Shown: positions 39,583 to 53,660, counted from the first letter of the stretch. The stretch: DNA of 64,000 bases from Iphione sp. A-MEVVRFRX5 (GCA_976226885.1 OZ320313.1:65038001-65102000); one strand, 5' to 3'. Translations and numbers: made by a program. Notes: generated by a model from the letters alone, not told the origin.

Positions 39583-42500
39583 TGAATGTAGTCACGTGGG
39601 GCGGGAGAACCCTAAGCAGAACCAGGGTGGGAGAGAAGAAATAGGAAAGGAAAATGGAGGAGGGAGCACGGGTGGGCCAACAGTCTACCTGGCTTCCGCC
39701 CACGCCAGTCACAAATACGAGTCAATCATGGCGACATGCGCAAGTCATAATCCACTTTGGCAGCTCCTACCCCGGTGTCTCCCTCCACGCCTACCTCCCT
39801 CTTTTGTGACGCAGCACTGCGGGCCGTGGAGACTGGTGAGGTGATAAAGTTCGCAGTGGAAGAAAAAGCTGTAGTCCATTGTATCGGCGGTCACGGAGGC
39901 CGAGATGGGGCATTGGGGGGGGGGGGGGGGCCTCACGCAATGCGGTGAATGGGTAGATAGGTCGGCAAAGGTCTGCGTTGAGCTCTTTGGAATGCCATCT
40001 TAAGAGACCAAAGTTGTGCAGCGATAGCACTTGTCCTTATATAATGGTGGTTTTAGCCTCCCTATAGGATGTCTTGAATAGATGGATGACCCTCGCAAGT
40101 CTGGCGCTACTGTCTCAGAGCATGAGGAGAGGATGAAACATCCCCAGATGTGGACGTACCGTCTACATCCAAGGCATGACTTACCTCCTGACACCAAATT
40201 ATGTGACCTTTCCTTAGGTGGCTATTACGCTAATTTAAAACATTTTCAACATTTAACACCGGTACGCTTAAAAAGGTGTAACCACTCAAATGATCTTATT
40301 TGGTAACGCACAAAATCTTCGTTGGCAGTTACCGATTTTTAGTCATGTCACTGTAAAAAACCCATAACGTGTTTGTGGAAATGTGACTGCCAGCTGTAAC
40401 TCCAGGCTAATTGAAAACCTTTGCTGAAGGCAGCGTCCTGTGATCCCCTTCCGCCTACTTTCTCCCTCGGACACCTCGGCTACATGTTCTTTCCAGCTCT
40501 AATGCAGTCCGCCTCACCTTTCTTATTGCTGCGAGTGCCTTCGGGGACATGAAACATGACAAGAGGCTGATAGTGGTGTTGTGCCAGAGCAGCACTTAGA
40601 CCCGTCCGCTGCTTCCTCCCATCCAGGTGCCCGATATGACGGCTAGTGTCCTCCGTGTGTGGGCAGACTTGGGTCGGCACTGTCACAATAGATGAATGCC
40701 CACCGAAGGTTAAACATGCATGGCAAGATGGTTTCCTGTCAAAGACCTGTGAGACTTTTCGAACTTGCATTTCGATCAGAGCAAAATGCGCCAACCATTT
40801 TTTTCCCCAGCAACATTCTCCCTCTGCCTGAGTGGAGAGCACTCACAGGTAGTGTCTGGATGGGAGGGGGGGGGGAACCTACTTACGCTTCCCTTCTGGG
40901 AGTCCCAAAGCAAACGGCTTATGATGAGAGTAGTCTCGATTAGCCAAATCACCAGCAGGCATGTGCGTGCTCAGATTAGCAAGGCACCATAGAGTGGCGA
41001 CATCTGTGTGCCAAGTTCGTAAGAGACCTCGTAAGTTGGTGGAGGTGGGGGGGGGGGCGGGCAGGGCAAGATAGAGTGGCTCTCTCACCGGGTTACTAGT
41101 GCATGCAAGATAGACGGGAAGTTTCGCGATTCACAGTTCACCTTCGACAGTAACATAGCTCTCCCAGTGTGAACATCCTCGCTGTCAAAATAGGAAGGTT
41201 TCCTTGCCTCCGCCCTTGAAAATGGATATGCAAAGACATGGCAGCATCAGAGATCAAACATGGCGGCCTAGGCACCAGGCATTCCCCAGGTGCTTCAATA
41301 ATGAAAGACTTGCAGACGTGGCACTGGTACGAGGTCACCAAGCGTCTCCCTGTCTGTCCCGAAACAAAGGGTGATGCGAAATGTGGAAAAGTAGGTAAAG
41401 AAACCCAGAGACGCATTTGAAATGTGTCTTCGCCCCGTTCTTAGTGTTTTGTTATCGCATATTCATGCTCATGACGGATAGGGGGCAGGATGGGATTTTG
41501 TTGAACCATTTGGAAGAATGAAGGTACTCTTTCCCAAGCTGCTCTATCACGTCTCCCTATTAGATTTAGAGACTTGTTTTCGTTTATAAATAATACAACC
41601 TGACCTCCAAAAATTGCCCTCCGAAGAGACATGTCTCTGTAAGGGCCGACCCCGGAGTGGCTTTCTAGTACAATGTATACTGATTTGTTGTTGTTTGATT
41701 AGCAAACAGAACGGTATAAATATATATGTTTTTATTTACACCATATTTAGACACTAGTGCACTTGATAATATCATTAAATGCATCTCATTTATATTTAAT
41801 TGGACTTTACATCATGCATTTCTCATAAACACTTCTAGACGTCGATAATAAACAATTCTGTTAAAAATGAAAATTAGGTGAAAATACACGAAAACTCAGT
41901 CCCATAGTCGAACGTTCGGTATGTCTACATCGAGTCTTGGTTATTTTATAAGAATGGTAATTATTGGATATTATATGTACACTTGTAGTTGTAGTAGAGC
42001 TTCACACCAAGAAACTGTTATGTGACTTATTACATTTAAATGTATCTGTTTGTCTTTCCTTAACAAAACACTTAGTGTCCACACACAAGAAGACACGTGA
42101 TGACACAAAAATGGTGCCTGGAGCTCATAAAACGAATCTATCGTGGCCTTTAAAAAGCAGGAAAGTTACCTCACACCAGAGTGTCAGCAGGATGCGGTCT
42201 ACCGCCAGACAGCTTTTCCCTACCACACCAATACCGCTACCACTGACATGTCACTGGCTCTGGGCAAACATTATAAGCCGCAGTTATACTACTCCTCATG
42301 GGGACGAATTGGTAGATGTCAGTAAGTCGGTCTGCCGGTTGTATATGACCGTCAAGAACTTGCTTCAGTCCTTGTATCTAATTATAAGGTTTGCAGTTCC
42401 CTCTTGTTTCCTATTTATCTGTCTGAACTTTTCTCTCTGTACATGTTCTTGTGTATAATCTTTTTCCATAATACCACTCAATGAAATCGAAGACTAGCAG

Positions 42501-45500
42501 CACATCGCAGCCTTACCTTAAGTGAGACCCGCAATTTACATTCTCAGGTCAATCCTAGCCTGTTAATAGTGTATTGCATAAACAATAACTAGTATATAAC
42601 ACTGATCATATTAGTGCCATTCATTTACAAAGTAGTTGTATAAGATGTGGAACTACGTAATGGTATACATGTACTGTACTTTTAATGAGCAATCCAGGAT
42701 AGTTCCCAGGAACACTCTTTATTGTTCTCATGAAGAATTACCCACAGGTTAGGGCTTGTTCAAGTTTCCTTCCAACTTTGCCATTATAACTCCAGTCAGA
42801 CTCCACCCATATACATGTACATATTTATTATTAGTGTCGCGACTAAACCATGACAACCAAGGTCTTCAACTTTTGAAGCAGGAGTCATTTCCTTGAAATG
42901 GCAAGTGGATAATAGAGTGCGTTGTCATGGACAAATAAATATTTAGTAGTGAAGGTCAGAATACTAATCACCAAACGGATCTATCCGTCTGTCTGTATTT
43001 GGTCCGGCTAATAGGGAGTGTTACGCAAGCCATGCTAGAACAGGTATCCATTATCGTGTCAGTGTTGAAGTTACGCATACATTTACAAGTCCCGATTTCA
43101 ATTCAGTTTACGCAATATGCGGGACTCTACAACTGTGATCGATATACTCAGTGTGTCCCCGCCATGAATCCGCCCACGTAGGTGCACGTAAACCTATCCC
43201 CATCTGTCCAAGCTGGCACTTCGTGGTGCTATGTTGCTTGCTCATCAGATGGCGCTGGCGTCCGCAGCAGCTGGCGCGAAACAGCAAAACGAACCAATCT
43301 ATCAGACCTGGGGTGATAGGCACAATAGAAACTGCTGACGAGGCCCATAGAATACCAGATTATTGAGCCATCATTCTGGTTGAAATTTTTGGAGGAAGGA
43401 TGGAAGCCCGCATTTTTGCCTGGCTACCTGTGTGTGCGAGCGATTGCGTGCATGCGTGTGAAGAAGGGCACATCAATCATCTAAAACTGTGCACATTGTA
43501 ACTTTTTTTTATCAAAATGGTGCCATCCTTGATGCAAGTGCCCTACGGTTGAAAGATGGTTTTGAGTGCGTCAGTGTTAACAAACGCATTCCGCCCACTC
43601 TGCTGCCAGTTTGTATGTTTAACGTAGGGTATTCGTATTTGGTTCACTCAACTTTGATTGGCTCTCGGCTTTTCATGCAATCATCACGTTTTCTTGTTTA
43701 CAACTTAAAAAACTGAAACGTTTTGAATGGGATGGGTCTTGATAAGGTTAATGCATTTTTCGTATATGCACACACCGGTATTTTTTGAAAACGCTCACAA
43801 TGCGATTATGGAGCAAACACATCCGGCTCTGAGTAGGATAACAGAGAGTGCTTTTAGTTCACTCGTACTGAGACCGCGTACTATTTTTTATTTTTTTTAA
43901 GAGGCTTGGGCCGTACAAGTTTTACTTTGCGAGCTGACCGCACTTCAGCGTTTCCGGCGCCCACGTATATGTGCAACAGCGAGGAATTAAACCCGTGGGC
44001 GCGCTTGCCTCCCGTTCATCACGGAAACTTTTGGAGGGAAAACTGCACCAGCACCAGACGATATTTTTTTTCTCCTATTATGCAGGCAACAAAGTCCAGC
44101 ACTGAGAACGATTGATGTATGAGTGGACAAGGCGACATTTCACACAGTCCAGCGTATTAGCTCGCGGGATTGTGCGCTTATTCTGCAACACGAGATAATT
44201 CCAGCATCAAGTATAAAAAATGGTGTTCATAATGTGGAAATAAAAAGGAATAAATGAAAGCGCTATCTAATATGCAGGAGCATCTCCATTTTCAGAAGTA
44301 TGTAAACATTAGATCTTGAATGTTATGTGTTATAAAGTGTACGCGTGACAGTTTTATATCATAACGGTTGAAGAAAATATAAAAAGTACCCTTTCACTGA
44401 CGAGTCGGTTGAAGTGAGCTTCTCCCAAATCTTCATATATTTAGCAGCTGCACGCTTCTGATCTTAATGACTAGCCGAACTTTATATATAAAAACAAATA
44501 TGAATGCTTAGCCCCAAAGTGTCATGGCCAAAGTTGCCTGCGAGTGGAAATCGAGATAAAACAGTCGACGTCCATGTGGATGAAAGATAAGACTATAATG
44601 ACCGCTTTGCAAATCATCAGCAAAACACGGTCGTGGTATGAACTGATAGTAGGGTTGGTCTATCATTTCACTATGTATGTAATTTCTATAGAGGGAGATA
44701 ACGATGTATAGCACGAAATATGCAACGCCGCAAAAATAGTAAAATTCTGTACTTCATCCGGCTCATCAGTAACTGAAACTTGATGAAGCTGTACGTAATG
44801 CAGACGCTTGGGAACTATGTATCAAGTTCTAAGCAGTATAGGACCAGCATTACCAAAGTTAAACCCGATGAGATGGGATTGCATGCTGAACTGAACTTTC
44901 TTCGGCTACCGAAAACGAATGGTATTCAGTAGGAACCAACTTCATCTAACAAGAATGAGGTCTATGAAATCCGCCAATAGTGGGTAATAATTTCATCCTT
45001 TTGCCATCATTTGTGTGAGTTTGTTTCATTAACTCGTCTTCCTTTACACACTCACGTCATTACCCCTCCGCCCCGCTTTCATTGTACCGTTAGTTATAAA
45101 TCATTCGATTCATTGTTCTTTCGACCAGGAATGAGCCTGTAATACCGAGAATGCGGTGGTCCATAGCTTTAAATCTGACCACCATCTGCGCAGGATTTAA
45201 TACCCGTCCCAGTGCAATTTGCCTTCTGAAAACATTTCTTACACTAGTTGTAACCCACCAGAAGGAGATTTCGAATCAATAAAATGGCTTGTTTCTGATC
45301 GGTGTCCACCAACCTACCAACAGCCACCAGACCGCACCGGAAGTGGCCTCACCGGAAGTAGTCTGTTCCAAATAATGTTGGGAAATATCCGATCTCAGCG
45401 GTCTCCATACTGCTCCATCTCGGACTACGAAAGTGGTACACTCAAGGTGAGAGGGATGTAAAGCGTCGTCTGCTTTTGTCATAGCATCACTCTTGAAATA

Positions 45501-46096
45501 GTCACTAGAGATCTTATCGTTGGGAATCTCTTTAAATCGGACGAGGTCAAAGGAGGGACAGAGATTGGTTTATTTTGTCGTTTCAGGGACTGGTTTCAGA
45601 TAAGTAGATGTGGCACACATTCGGTTGAGGTAATCCGACATCTCTGTAGTGCATACATACATATAGGATCTAGAGAGGCAATTCACATCATAAGCAACTT
45701 GCACCAATGTATGCAATGACCATAGCTCAATGGCACGATCAACTTGCACCTGCGTGCTCGATGGTTTGTCCTTTTGAAACAATTGAAACCTCGAGCCCTC
45801 CTTATTAAGCAGTTCTCTGCACTTCAAGAAGAGATACATGTACCCTATGTTTTTAGAGTGAGTTGATGGTAGGAATTGTTTATATTCCCGCATATAATCC
45901 TGAGCTTGGGACTCTTGATCACAACCAGACAGATTTACTGTAGCCCCAACCCAGAGTGGTCCACAACTCGTAAAAAGGCCGTGGGTGTATAGGATTCTGT
46001 CCCCTATGCACAAAAAGACCCCAGAAACCTATTCGAAATAAGAGTAGGGGACAACCCCGGGTATTCTGGTCTCTCAATTCTCGACAATAGATGGTA

Positions 46097-46190
46097 GTAT
46101 GCTACCCCAGGAGGATATGGAACAGCTCTGTCATGTGATAGAGAATATCTAGTTCCTGGTTAAAGATCAATGAAATGAAATGAAATGAAA
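46097..46190 (+). mobile_element. Possible 3' end of a LINE/SINE with (TGAAA)4 tail
   Basis: GTATGCTACCCCAGGAG resembles a GTATGCTCCCCAGGGAG 3'-end motif I recall from invertebrate retroposons, followed by four TGAAA units at 46171-46190. No RT ORF upstream on this strand. Confidence 0.3.
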
Positions 46191-49100
46191 TATACAGAGA
46201 GCCATGGTTTTCAAAAGCGGCATGAGGAGTAGGTCCTGTTTCATGTCGCATGCTTATACGCCGCTATTATAAACGGCACACTAGAATGGTAGAATACGTC
46301 ACGTACAGGAGGGGGATACATTATGGACGCGTAGAGATAGAAGCCCGTACCCAACGAATGGCTCTGGGAGTTCCCATGTGTCGCAGCTATAAGGTTGTAG
46401 ACACGACGGGTACTCCCACGTGTATACAGGCAATCACATGCACTACACACTTGGACATTATAAACTGCACGGCGGTATCTCACAGTACCTGTGACAGCAG
46501 GTGACATTCTAACAATGCGCACATTTTTTAAAAAGGAATTCCAATATATACACATCTATGTCCGACGGTAGCAACTCTTTACATTGCGCGGTTTATATTA
46601 TTCCGTGCAGGTAGATATATGAAGCAAATAACGAGAGAGCTTATTCCCGTACTATCTCTTCGCACGTAGAAACAAGACTGACGTGGAAGATAGATGTGCG
46701 ATTGAATACCGTAGTCTCGTTGCGTATGAATTCTTTATGGGTGCGACTCATGAGTGTAGCATATGTACGCAGCATATCGCTACTTCTGCCAATAACTTCA
46801 AACACACGAACATATGAGCGGATCGACACACCTAGCCACTCGTTCATGAATCCCTACCGGAGACACAAACTGGCAAATTCAGTCACTGTCGCATATGTAC
46901 ATGTGTACCAGACAGTCGGGTAAAGTTAGCGAACCCATTTATCTCCGAGCATATGGAAGCACTCCTCACCCTCAAATTGATCGACTTGGCTGCAAGAACC
47001 CTTAGTGGGCTCTTAGTACTTCCTACGCTTTGATGTTCGGCAGTGATTTCTCTTTGATGTTTCCTGCCGCTACGATCTCCTTAAGGTCGATGCACTCTAT
47101 ATTTTACGTACATCATTAATAAATATTGCAGTTTACATCTTCCTTCACACTGCTTGCGTTCTTAATGATCCATATAGGAAGGTTGAAAATGTAAAGTCAG
47201 AGGTGTAAGTTATAGCCATATCCGTACATACATTGATCCGAGTTTCTCCATTTATAGAAATGGTATCTGGAGGCTGGACCCTCATGTGTCTTTGTCATTT
47301 TATCCCAAAGACAGGCCTGAACCAATGCCTTTATTTTAGATCAGGAAACGCTCTGTAGATAGTAAAGGCCCAGCAGTGTCTGAAAAGGCCTGTAAGGTAT
47401 CCTTCTAAGTACTTGCGGGCAGTAGACTAACTAATCATCCTTAAAGGAGCTTTAATACATCAGCCTTCCCCCATCGACCAACAAGGTCGTCCTCAATCTT
47501 TACAAGAGCAGGCCATAATCCTCGCCTATCTCACTCTCCTGCTACAGCAGCCCTTTTACTATAATTTCACGCATGACTGACCTCAGGGCTATAGTCTATA
47601 AATAGAAATAAGCACATTAAATTGGCTCATTATATTTGCGGGAGGGGTGCCGTCCTGCCCTGTCATGACGTGAGGCAGTTTGCAGAGAACCTCGAAGCAG
47701 GCTTTCCAGTTTAAGTAAGCCGATCGGTTTTTGCTTTCATTTATCCCAATGGTGCTACCTTCTACCTCTCTGTTACTGCCGCTCTCTCTCTCTCTCTGTT
47801 CATTACCTCTTTTGATAGTCCTCGTGTGAGTGAACCTTACGGTCATCTTGGAGGAAGGTAATTACCCAGTACAGAGGACCCACCTTAGGACCCTTCCCAT
47901 CCTCCGTCTAGAACCCCAAGGGACCCTTCTGCTGCCATCTTACTGCTACGTTAAGCTACTACTTAGCCCCAGGAACACGACCGAGGTGTACTGTTCTCGC
48001 ACCTAGCCTTCTCCCCTATAGATTTTAGTTCGCATCTGCTGGGCTAATGTGCGCTCATTAAAACTTGAAACTTGTATGAAGTTTTCAATCAATTTCAGTT
48101 TCAAGCACTAGGAACGAGTAAATAGGCAGGACGTCGATCAAAAATTCATGCACCGACTTTGTGCGTCCACAACTAGACTCATAAATATGAACATTTATGA
48201 TGTAAGCTGTATTGGTGTTCGTAAGATACACCCACCGAAGCTGGGACCATTCCATGCCATATTTAAATTTAGATATGTTATTTTATATGGCACTATGACG
48301 TCCTACAAATGGTCACGCTTTGATATGCAGTGTACAACTATTCCAGTCTGGGCTCTGGAGCGAAGGACATGGGTGGCCTTCCTGTGCTCCTATTATCACC
48401 AGCAATACCAGCAGTACTGGCAGGAACTCCCAGTCCATGATGAACTGTGCTGGCATCGGGCCGGAGCAGACACGGTCGGCCTTGGGTACGGTGTTGGCGG
48501 GCAAGCTCTGATTTCGGGAACCGATTTGTGAAAGATTAAGCAGGGAGGTTGCGCATTTATTCTGGGCCCGGTCCCCTCTGAGTGGCGCTGACTTTGTGAG
48601 TAATGCATCTCCCATCACACTCTCCACCATTTGGCGGTTCCTATCTGACGTGCTGCCCAGCGACCTCTACCAATCCATCATGTTTTTAAAAAGTGCGCGG
48701 CATCATTTTCATTTCGCGGCGAATTAATTTAACGATTACATTTACTGGCACCAGGAACCAGGTCAGGCGGCGTTTCCTTTGATACCCTTTTGCACCTATC
48801 TAACTTGTGCCTATTTTTTTGCTCCATTTAGATGGAAAAGGGAAAAGCCTAATCATATTCCTTTATCGACAAATGTAAATACTCTCGAAATATAGCCAGC
48901 TTATGTCATACTCTTCCGTGTCCCTTTCCCTTCTCTCGTAGACCGTTGCATACTGAATATCCCTTCCACATACCAAACGGCGAATCAAGCTGGAAGTATC
49001 TACGTACACCGGTCCCCGATGGCGCCTGTAGAGACTCAAGTCTTGTTGCTGATCATTGTTTCTGGCACACGGTCTTATGTTTGATTTTCCTTTGGAAGGA

Positions 49101-49939
49101 GCAGGGAATTTTGAGATCTAAAAGAAAGCGACACGGGATGTATGGGAGAGGAATACATGGAACACTGAGCTGGGGTCACAGGGACATGAGGAAAAACAGA
49201 AGGGAAATGTAGGTATAGTAGCAGCTATTTAACTGAGAGACGTAGACCGACAGATGATACAGAGAGAGGGACAGAGGAAGAAATATTCGATATGCAGCCA
49301 TCCAGCTTTGTGTCCCGACAGGCATTGTCTGTAGCCTAAGTGGTACGCAAATCCAGAAACGTATTTGGTGAAGGTCTCTTAGTATATCAGATAAAGGGCT
49401 CGTGTTTGACTAGTTTGACGTTGGAACTGTTCATGATTTTGTGTGAATATTGCCATATCTTTCTTTTTCTCTCCCACGGTATATTCATATTCACTATTCC
49501 AAGATAGACGTAAAGAAAAGCTAGATCAAAGCAGCGGTCAGATTACTTTCACGACGGTGTCAGAACTTGCTACTATAAAGGTCTTTGTTGATAGCCGAAA
49601 CTGTATGACAGGGACGTTCTGCTTATAGAAAAGTACTCTGTAAACGTTCTTTAAGGAGAAAGACCACGTGTTGTCGGTTCCTTAGAATGCACAGCTTCTA
49701 GTGAAGTTAAATGGGAGGCAATTACTACACCATGGCTCAGAAACCCGTTTTCATACGAGAACGCCATCGTATATACGCGTTCACAGTTTAATGAGGTTTG
49801 GGCCCAAAGCAGCAAATGCTGCTATCCTTGGAACATACGGCACGAAGTGCGATATCTCATTTCATTCTTAAATTATTAGTCAGCGGTTGCGCGGCTTGTA
49901 ATCGAACACATTGGTTCGTGAGTGCTACAGTGGCGATAG

Positions 49940-50086
49940 GTTCAGTAGATAGTGTGGAAGGGTATCACGACTTCACAGTTGACTGTGTAAGTTTAGGGTT
50001 GGCAAGTTCACGTACACGAAGTGAGTTATTTCATAAACAGAAAAGGGTGCATTGCTCCGCGAAAACAAGGCCTGATCCACTTTATC
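49940..50086 (-). pseudogene. Possible hAT-type transposase relic
   Basis: DKVDQALFSRSNAPFSVYEITHF...LNLHSQL*SRDTLPHYLLN resembles the hAT segment (PF.VVE...F...LNP.Y.LPSR.TL...LL); one in-frame stop; no catalytic motifs recovered. Confidence 0.3.
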
Positions 50087-51105
50087 TTGGACAAAAATGA
50101 AGTCCGGAGACAGTCTATCGGTACGACATACATTGCCTTGTTCCATTGTGCTGTGCGTAATATCGCTTTCATTGTACTGGTACCCTTCGTTAGCATTCAG
50201 TTTATGAAGCCCGTGTGTTCTACCTACTTTGAAATGTCTAATCAGCTCAACATAAAGGCAGCAAGCAAGCACAGAAATCACATGCTAGAAATAACAATTA
50301 CTGCACAAACAGATCGCATGCTACAAAACCATAACTTGACTGTACTCGTTTTATCTGTTTGGCTAAATTTCCATGTGCACATAATACCATGGTGCTGTGA
50401 CGCACCATGAAAGGTGTCACTGTGCTGATGTGTTTTCACTGGGAAACACACAGAGAGTGTATACATCATGGTGTCTGGTTTTCCAGGACTGCTCCTGCCG
50501 GTGCCCCAGCTGCTCCTTCCGGTCTGAGGGTTAATTATGCCTGAATTCTGCCATTTAATAAACAAGTGAAATTCTGCGTTTTTGTTGCCAATTTCATAAA
50601 ACTTCCGTAACTGTTGAAATTGTGCGGCAGTGTGCAGCAATGTGTCACTCGACCTAACATGTTTAATACCGGAAGTTCACCGATTCTCTCATATCCTACT
50701 TATGCGAACATAGTCCCCACACCGTGAAAATTGCGACATGTCTCAGTCTGAAAATACGGCACCAAAGTGTGATGTGCACAGGCCACGTCGAAATACCTTA
50801 GTAGACAAGCATAGTTTTTAAAAAAAACATGGTGAAAACACGGCACCATAGCCGTCCAAACAAGTACACATGGAAACTACGCTTCATGGTTTGTGTGCAG
50901 CGTATTTAATAGAGTAGTAGGTGTATTCTAAATGGCCCAAACCTCGAATGACCTAGTAAATGTCCTTGTCGCAATGGTGAGCACCTTCTCCATGCATGCA
51001 TTAGATAGTCGGTTGCGTATCTTTAGGAGATGGAGTAAAAACATGTAATGACATGGTTCTTTGAGAGATGAGGGAGTGGGATGTAGATTAAAAGAGAGAG
51101 GGTTA

Positions 51106-51428
51106 GGCCCCAAAAAATAGGTGTGTTTCTGGTAACCCACCCCTACCTAATAAAACCTCACCCTACCTAAATCTTTTTTGGCCCCAAAGAGTTTCCAAGG
51201 CTGAATTTTCTTAGATACATGTTTTCACAGCACATGTTTTTGGTAAATTCAGTAGAAAAAACAAGAAAATCATGGAAATTCAGCAAAAAACTACAAATTG
51301 ATCAAATTTCTTCATATTTATTATTATAACGCAGAAGAAGAAAGTGGAAAGAAAATTAAAAAAAGATAACCCCCCCCCTTCCTAGCTTTTTGGGAGGTTG
51401 TTACCAGAAACACACCTATTTTTTGGCC
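51106..51428. mobile_element. MITE, PIF/Harbinger (Tourist)-like, 323 bp
   Basis: TIRs GGCC(CC)AAAAAATAGGTGTGTTTCTGGTAAC at the left and GTTACCAGAAACACACCTATTTTTTGGCC at the right. TTA on both sides (51103-51105 and 51429-51431), the 3-bp TWA target duplication typical of PIF/Harbinger. No ORF inside. Confidence 0.85.
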
Positions 51429-53573
51429 TTAGACAGAGTGACCAGACGGGACTGTGTCAGAGACAATTACATGCAGCTATCATACTGTCCATGGTATCAA
51501 TAAATGATCGTGTCAGACATACCGAAGAATATTAGCATGAATAGCGTTGTAGGTCCTGAAATGAGACTAGCTTTACGTCACACCACTGAAAATGACTTCA
51601 TGTGAAGATTCGTAAAACGCTTCAAGGTAAAAGTAAGGAGCAGCTGGTAGGCCTTTGTTATCACCAACAGCATGCAAGTATGTCATGAGTAGCCTCGCCA
51701 CTATCACTCCATTAACCTAGGCTTAAAGGACCCTTTGTTACTAACTGGCGGCGACACGGACTGCTGATTGGAGGAGCATGAACCTGAAGCGACTGAGGAG
51801 ATATGCGCGTATCGTTGTGAAAATATACTTTAGTAATAATTGTTTGCAGTTACTTGAGTGGTTTTTGTCTCATTCTCTTTCCTCCAAATCCCACTGCAGA
51901 TATTGATAGAGTAGGTTTATTTGAATACCATCACGATTTGATTAGTTCCGAAGATGCGCCTTATCGGCATCCATGTTTCCCTTCAGTGAGCTGGACACTA
52001 TCCACCACTAATAGCCACAATAATAACTGTCAGTAACCATACTCTGTATGAGTGAAGAGTCCCCTTTGAAAGTGCGGGTATACGTAAGATTTTATTGTCC
52101 GGGGCAGCTTCTAACTTTCTCGTCATCCTGTTTGTCTTTCCCTTATACTATTGATATCTGGCGATTAGGCAAAAAAATTCTATGAAGACAGAAGTTTTCT
52201 GCGCGGAGCAAACTGGGACGTACACACGTTGTCAGAAGCAACCTCGTCCCCTCCACAACCTGCCCTCTGGCGAGACGACCGTCGTTTGCTTACATAACCA
52301 GTACGTCTCGCCCTGGTCCCTCACTAATCTCATCCTAGTGGAGTCTAAGGCAATTTCCCGATTTCCAGACTCAATTCTGCCCCCACGGACGTAGGCAAGA
52401 GAGACAGAGAGGAGGCTGGGGAGATGTAAGGGTAGACAATTCAATAGCGGAGAGTCCCCAGCAATGGGGAAGCGAGGCGATGCTAGATGCTTCGATAGGC
52501 CTGGCCATGACCAAAACTAACGGCTATGGCTGCGGCGGGTTGGAGTCTGGGTGGGGGTAGGGGCGATGGCGAGCGCAGAGAGCCGCGTGGAGGCTTATCG
52601 GGTCTTGCTGGCCCGAGTAAGCCCACAAATGACATTCGAGGACCTGATCAGCAGAATTCTTTACCCCCAGCAAATCATCATCCTCGATCTCCTCCCGAGC
52701 TCTGCCAAGCGGTCTGCCGATCTCCACCCGAGCCTGGCCTCTATTTGCTTCTTACGGAACGACGGCGCACCGAACCCGACGAGTATATTGTATGCATCGG
52801 CAAGTGATTTCCCGAGAGCCCGTACTGTTTCAGGCTTCAGCCCCTTAGCGCTCCCCTTAATCTCCCGTCAGCTTCAACGGTGAACAGGTGGAGGCGGATT
52901 ACCATGAGGGCCTTCTCGTAGGGTCTTCTCTCCTGTCAAACCTATACGGAGAATTCATGTGTACACTCTCCTCCATAAAAAGGCCCGCTGACAGGGCGTA
53001 TAAGACGTTACTGCAAGATTAGTACGATGGCGTTCTTATCGGTCGAACAGAAGAGAATGGGGAGGAGACGGTGGGAAAGAACATTCACTTAATCGTGATA
53101 AAGTGAAGTTTTGAAGCCTGGAGAAATGTGTGACATAGAGTATGTTGATATCGGACAAAGGTCCGAGTAATGACTTTGAAACGGGACACTATGATGTCAG
53201 TGGGTGGCTAAATTAGAAATGCAATGAAGACGCCGAGTAAATGTCATGTCCCGGTGAAAGGTCTGTAATCAGAAAAGACAGAGATTGAAATACTGTCGCA
53301 TCCGCCTCCCTTCCCCCCATGTACTGATTATCCTGAGGAAATGATAAGAAAAGGTCAGTCCAGGGTAGCGACCTGGGAGGCACACCTGCAAAGACCCAGT
53401 CGTGGAAGGCTGCGACTTAAATGCAGGGCCATCTCACGTTGTTCTGCTTCTTTCCCCGGAAAGGTGACCGGTGATTGGTCGAGCTTTCATCCGGCTGATA
53501 GAGATACATGTGGACATATTCTCAAGCGGTGCGACACCAATGGCTGGTATTACTGTGGAAAACGCAATTGCAC

Positions 53574-53605
53574 TTGTGACCCGACCCACCTAATTTTTTA
53601 AAGTA
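53574..53605. mobile_element. Possible fragment related to the subterminal part of the 51106 MITE
   Basis: GTGACCCGACCCACCTAATTTTTT resembles GTAACCCACCCCTACCTAA...TTTTTT in the MITE; short match only. Confidence 0.35.
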
Positions 53606-53660
53606 GGTCTTTCCATATTCGTTTTTTTTCACGTCCGATTTATTACTTTCCCGGAATTTG

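Noticed and set aside
39350-40030. Overlapping 60-161 aa ORFs in the GC-rich island
   Set aside because: Open in several frames on both strands because of high GC; no domain signal.
42263-42313. WGR-domain-like GKHYKPQLYYSSWGRIG
   Set aside because: The strand spacing of true WGR domains is missing, the frame is closed by a stop soon after, and there is no PARP context.
45828-45872. COX1-like LPSTHSKNIGYMYLF (possible NUMT)
   Set aside because: Similarity to STNHKDIGTLYL stops immediately; no transmembrane continuation or other mitochondrial sequence.
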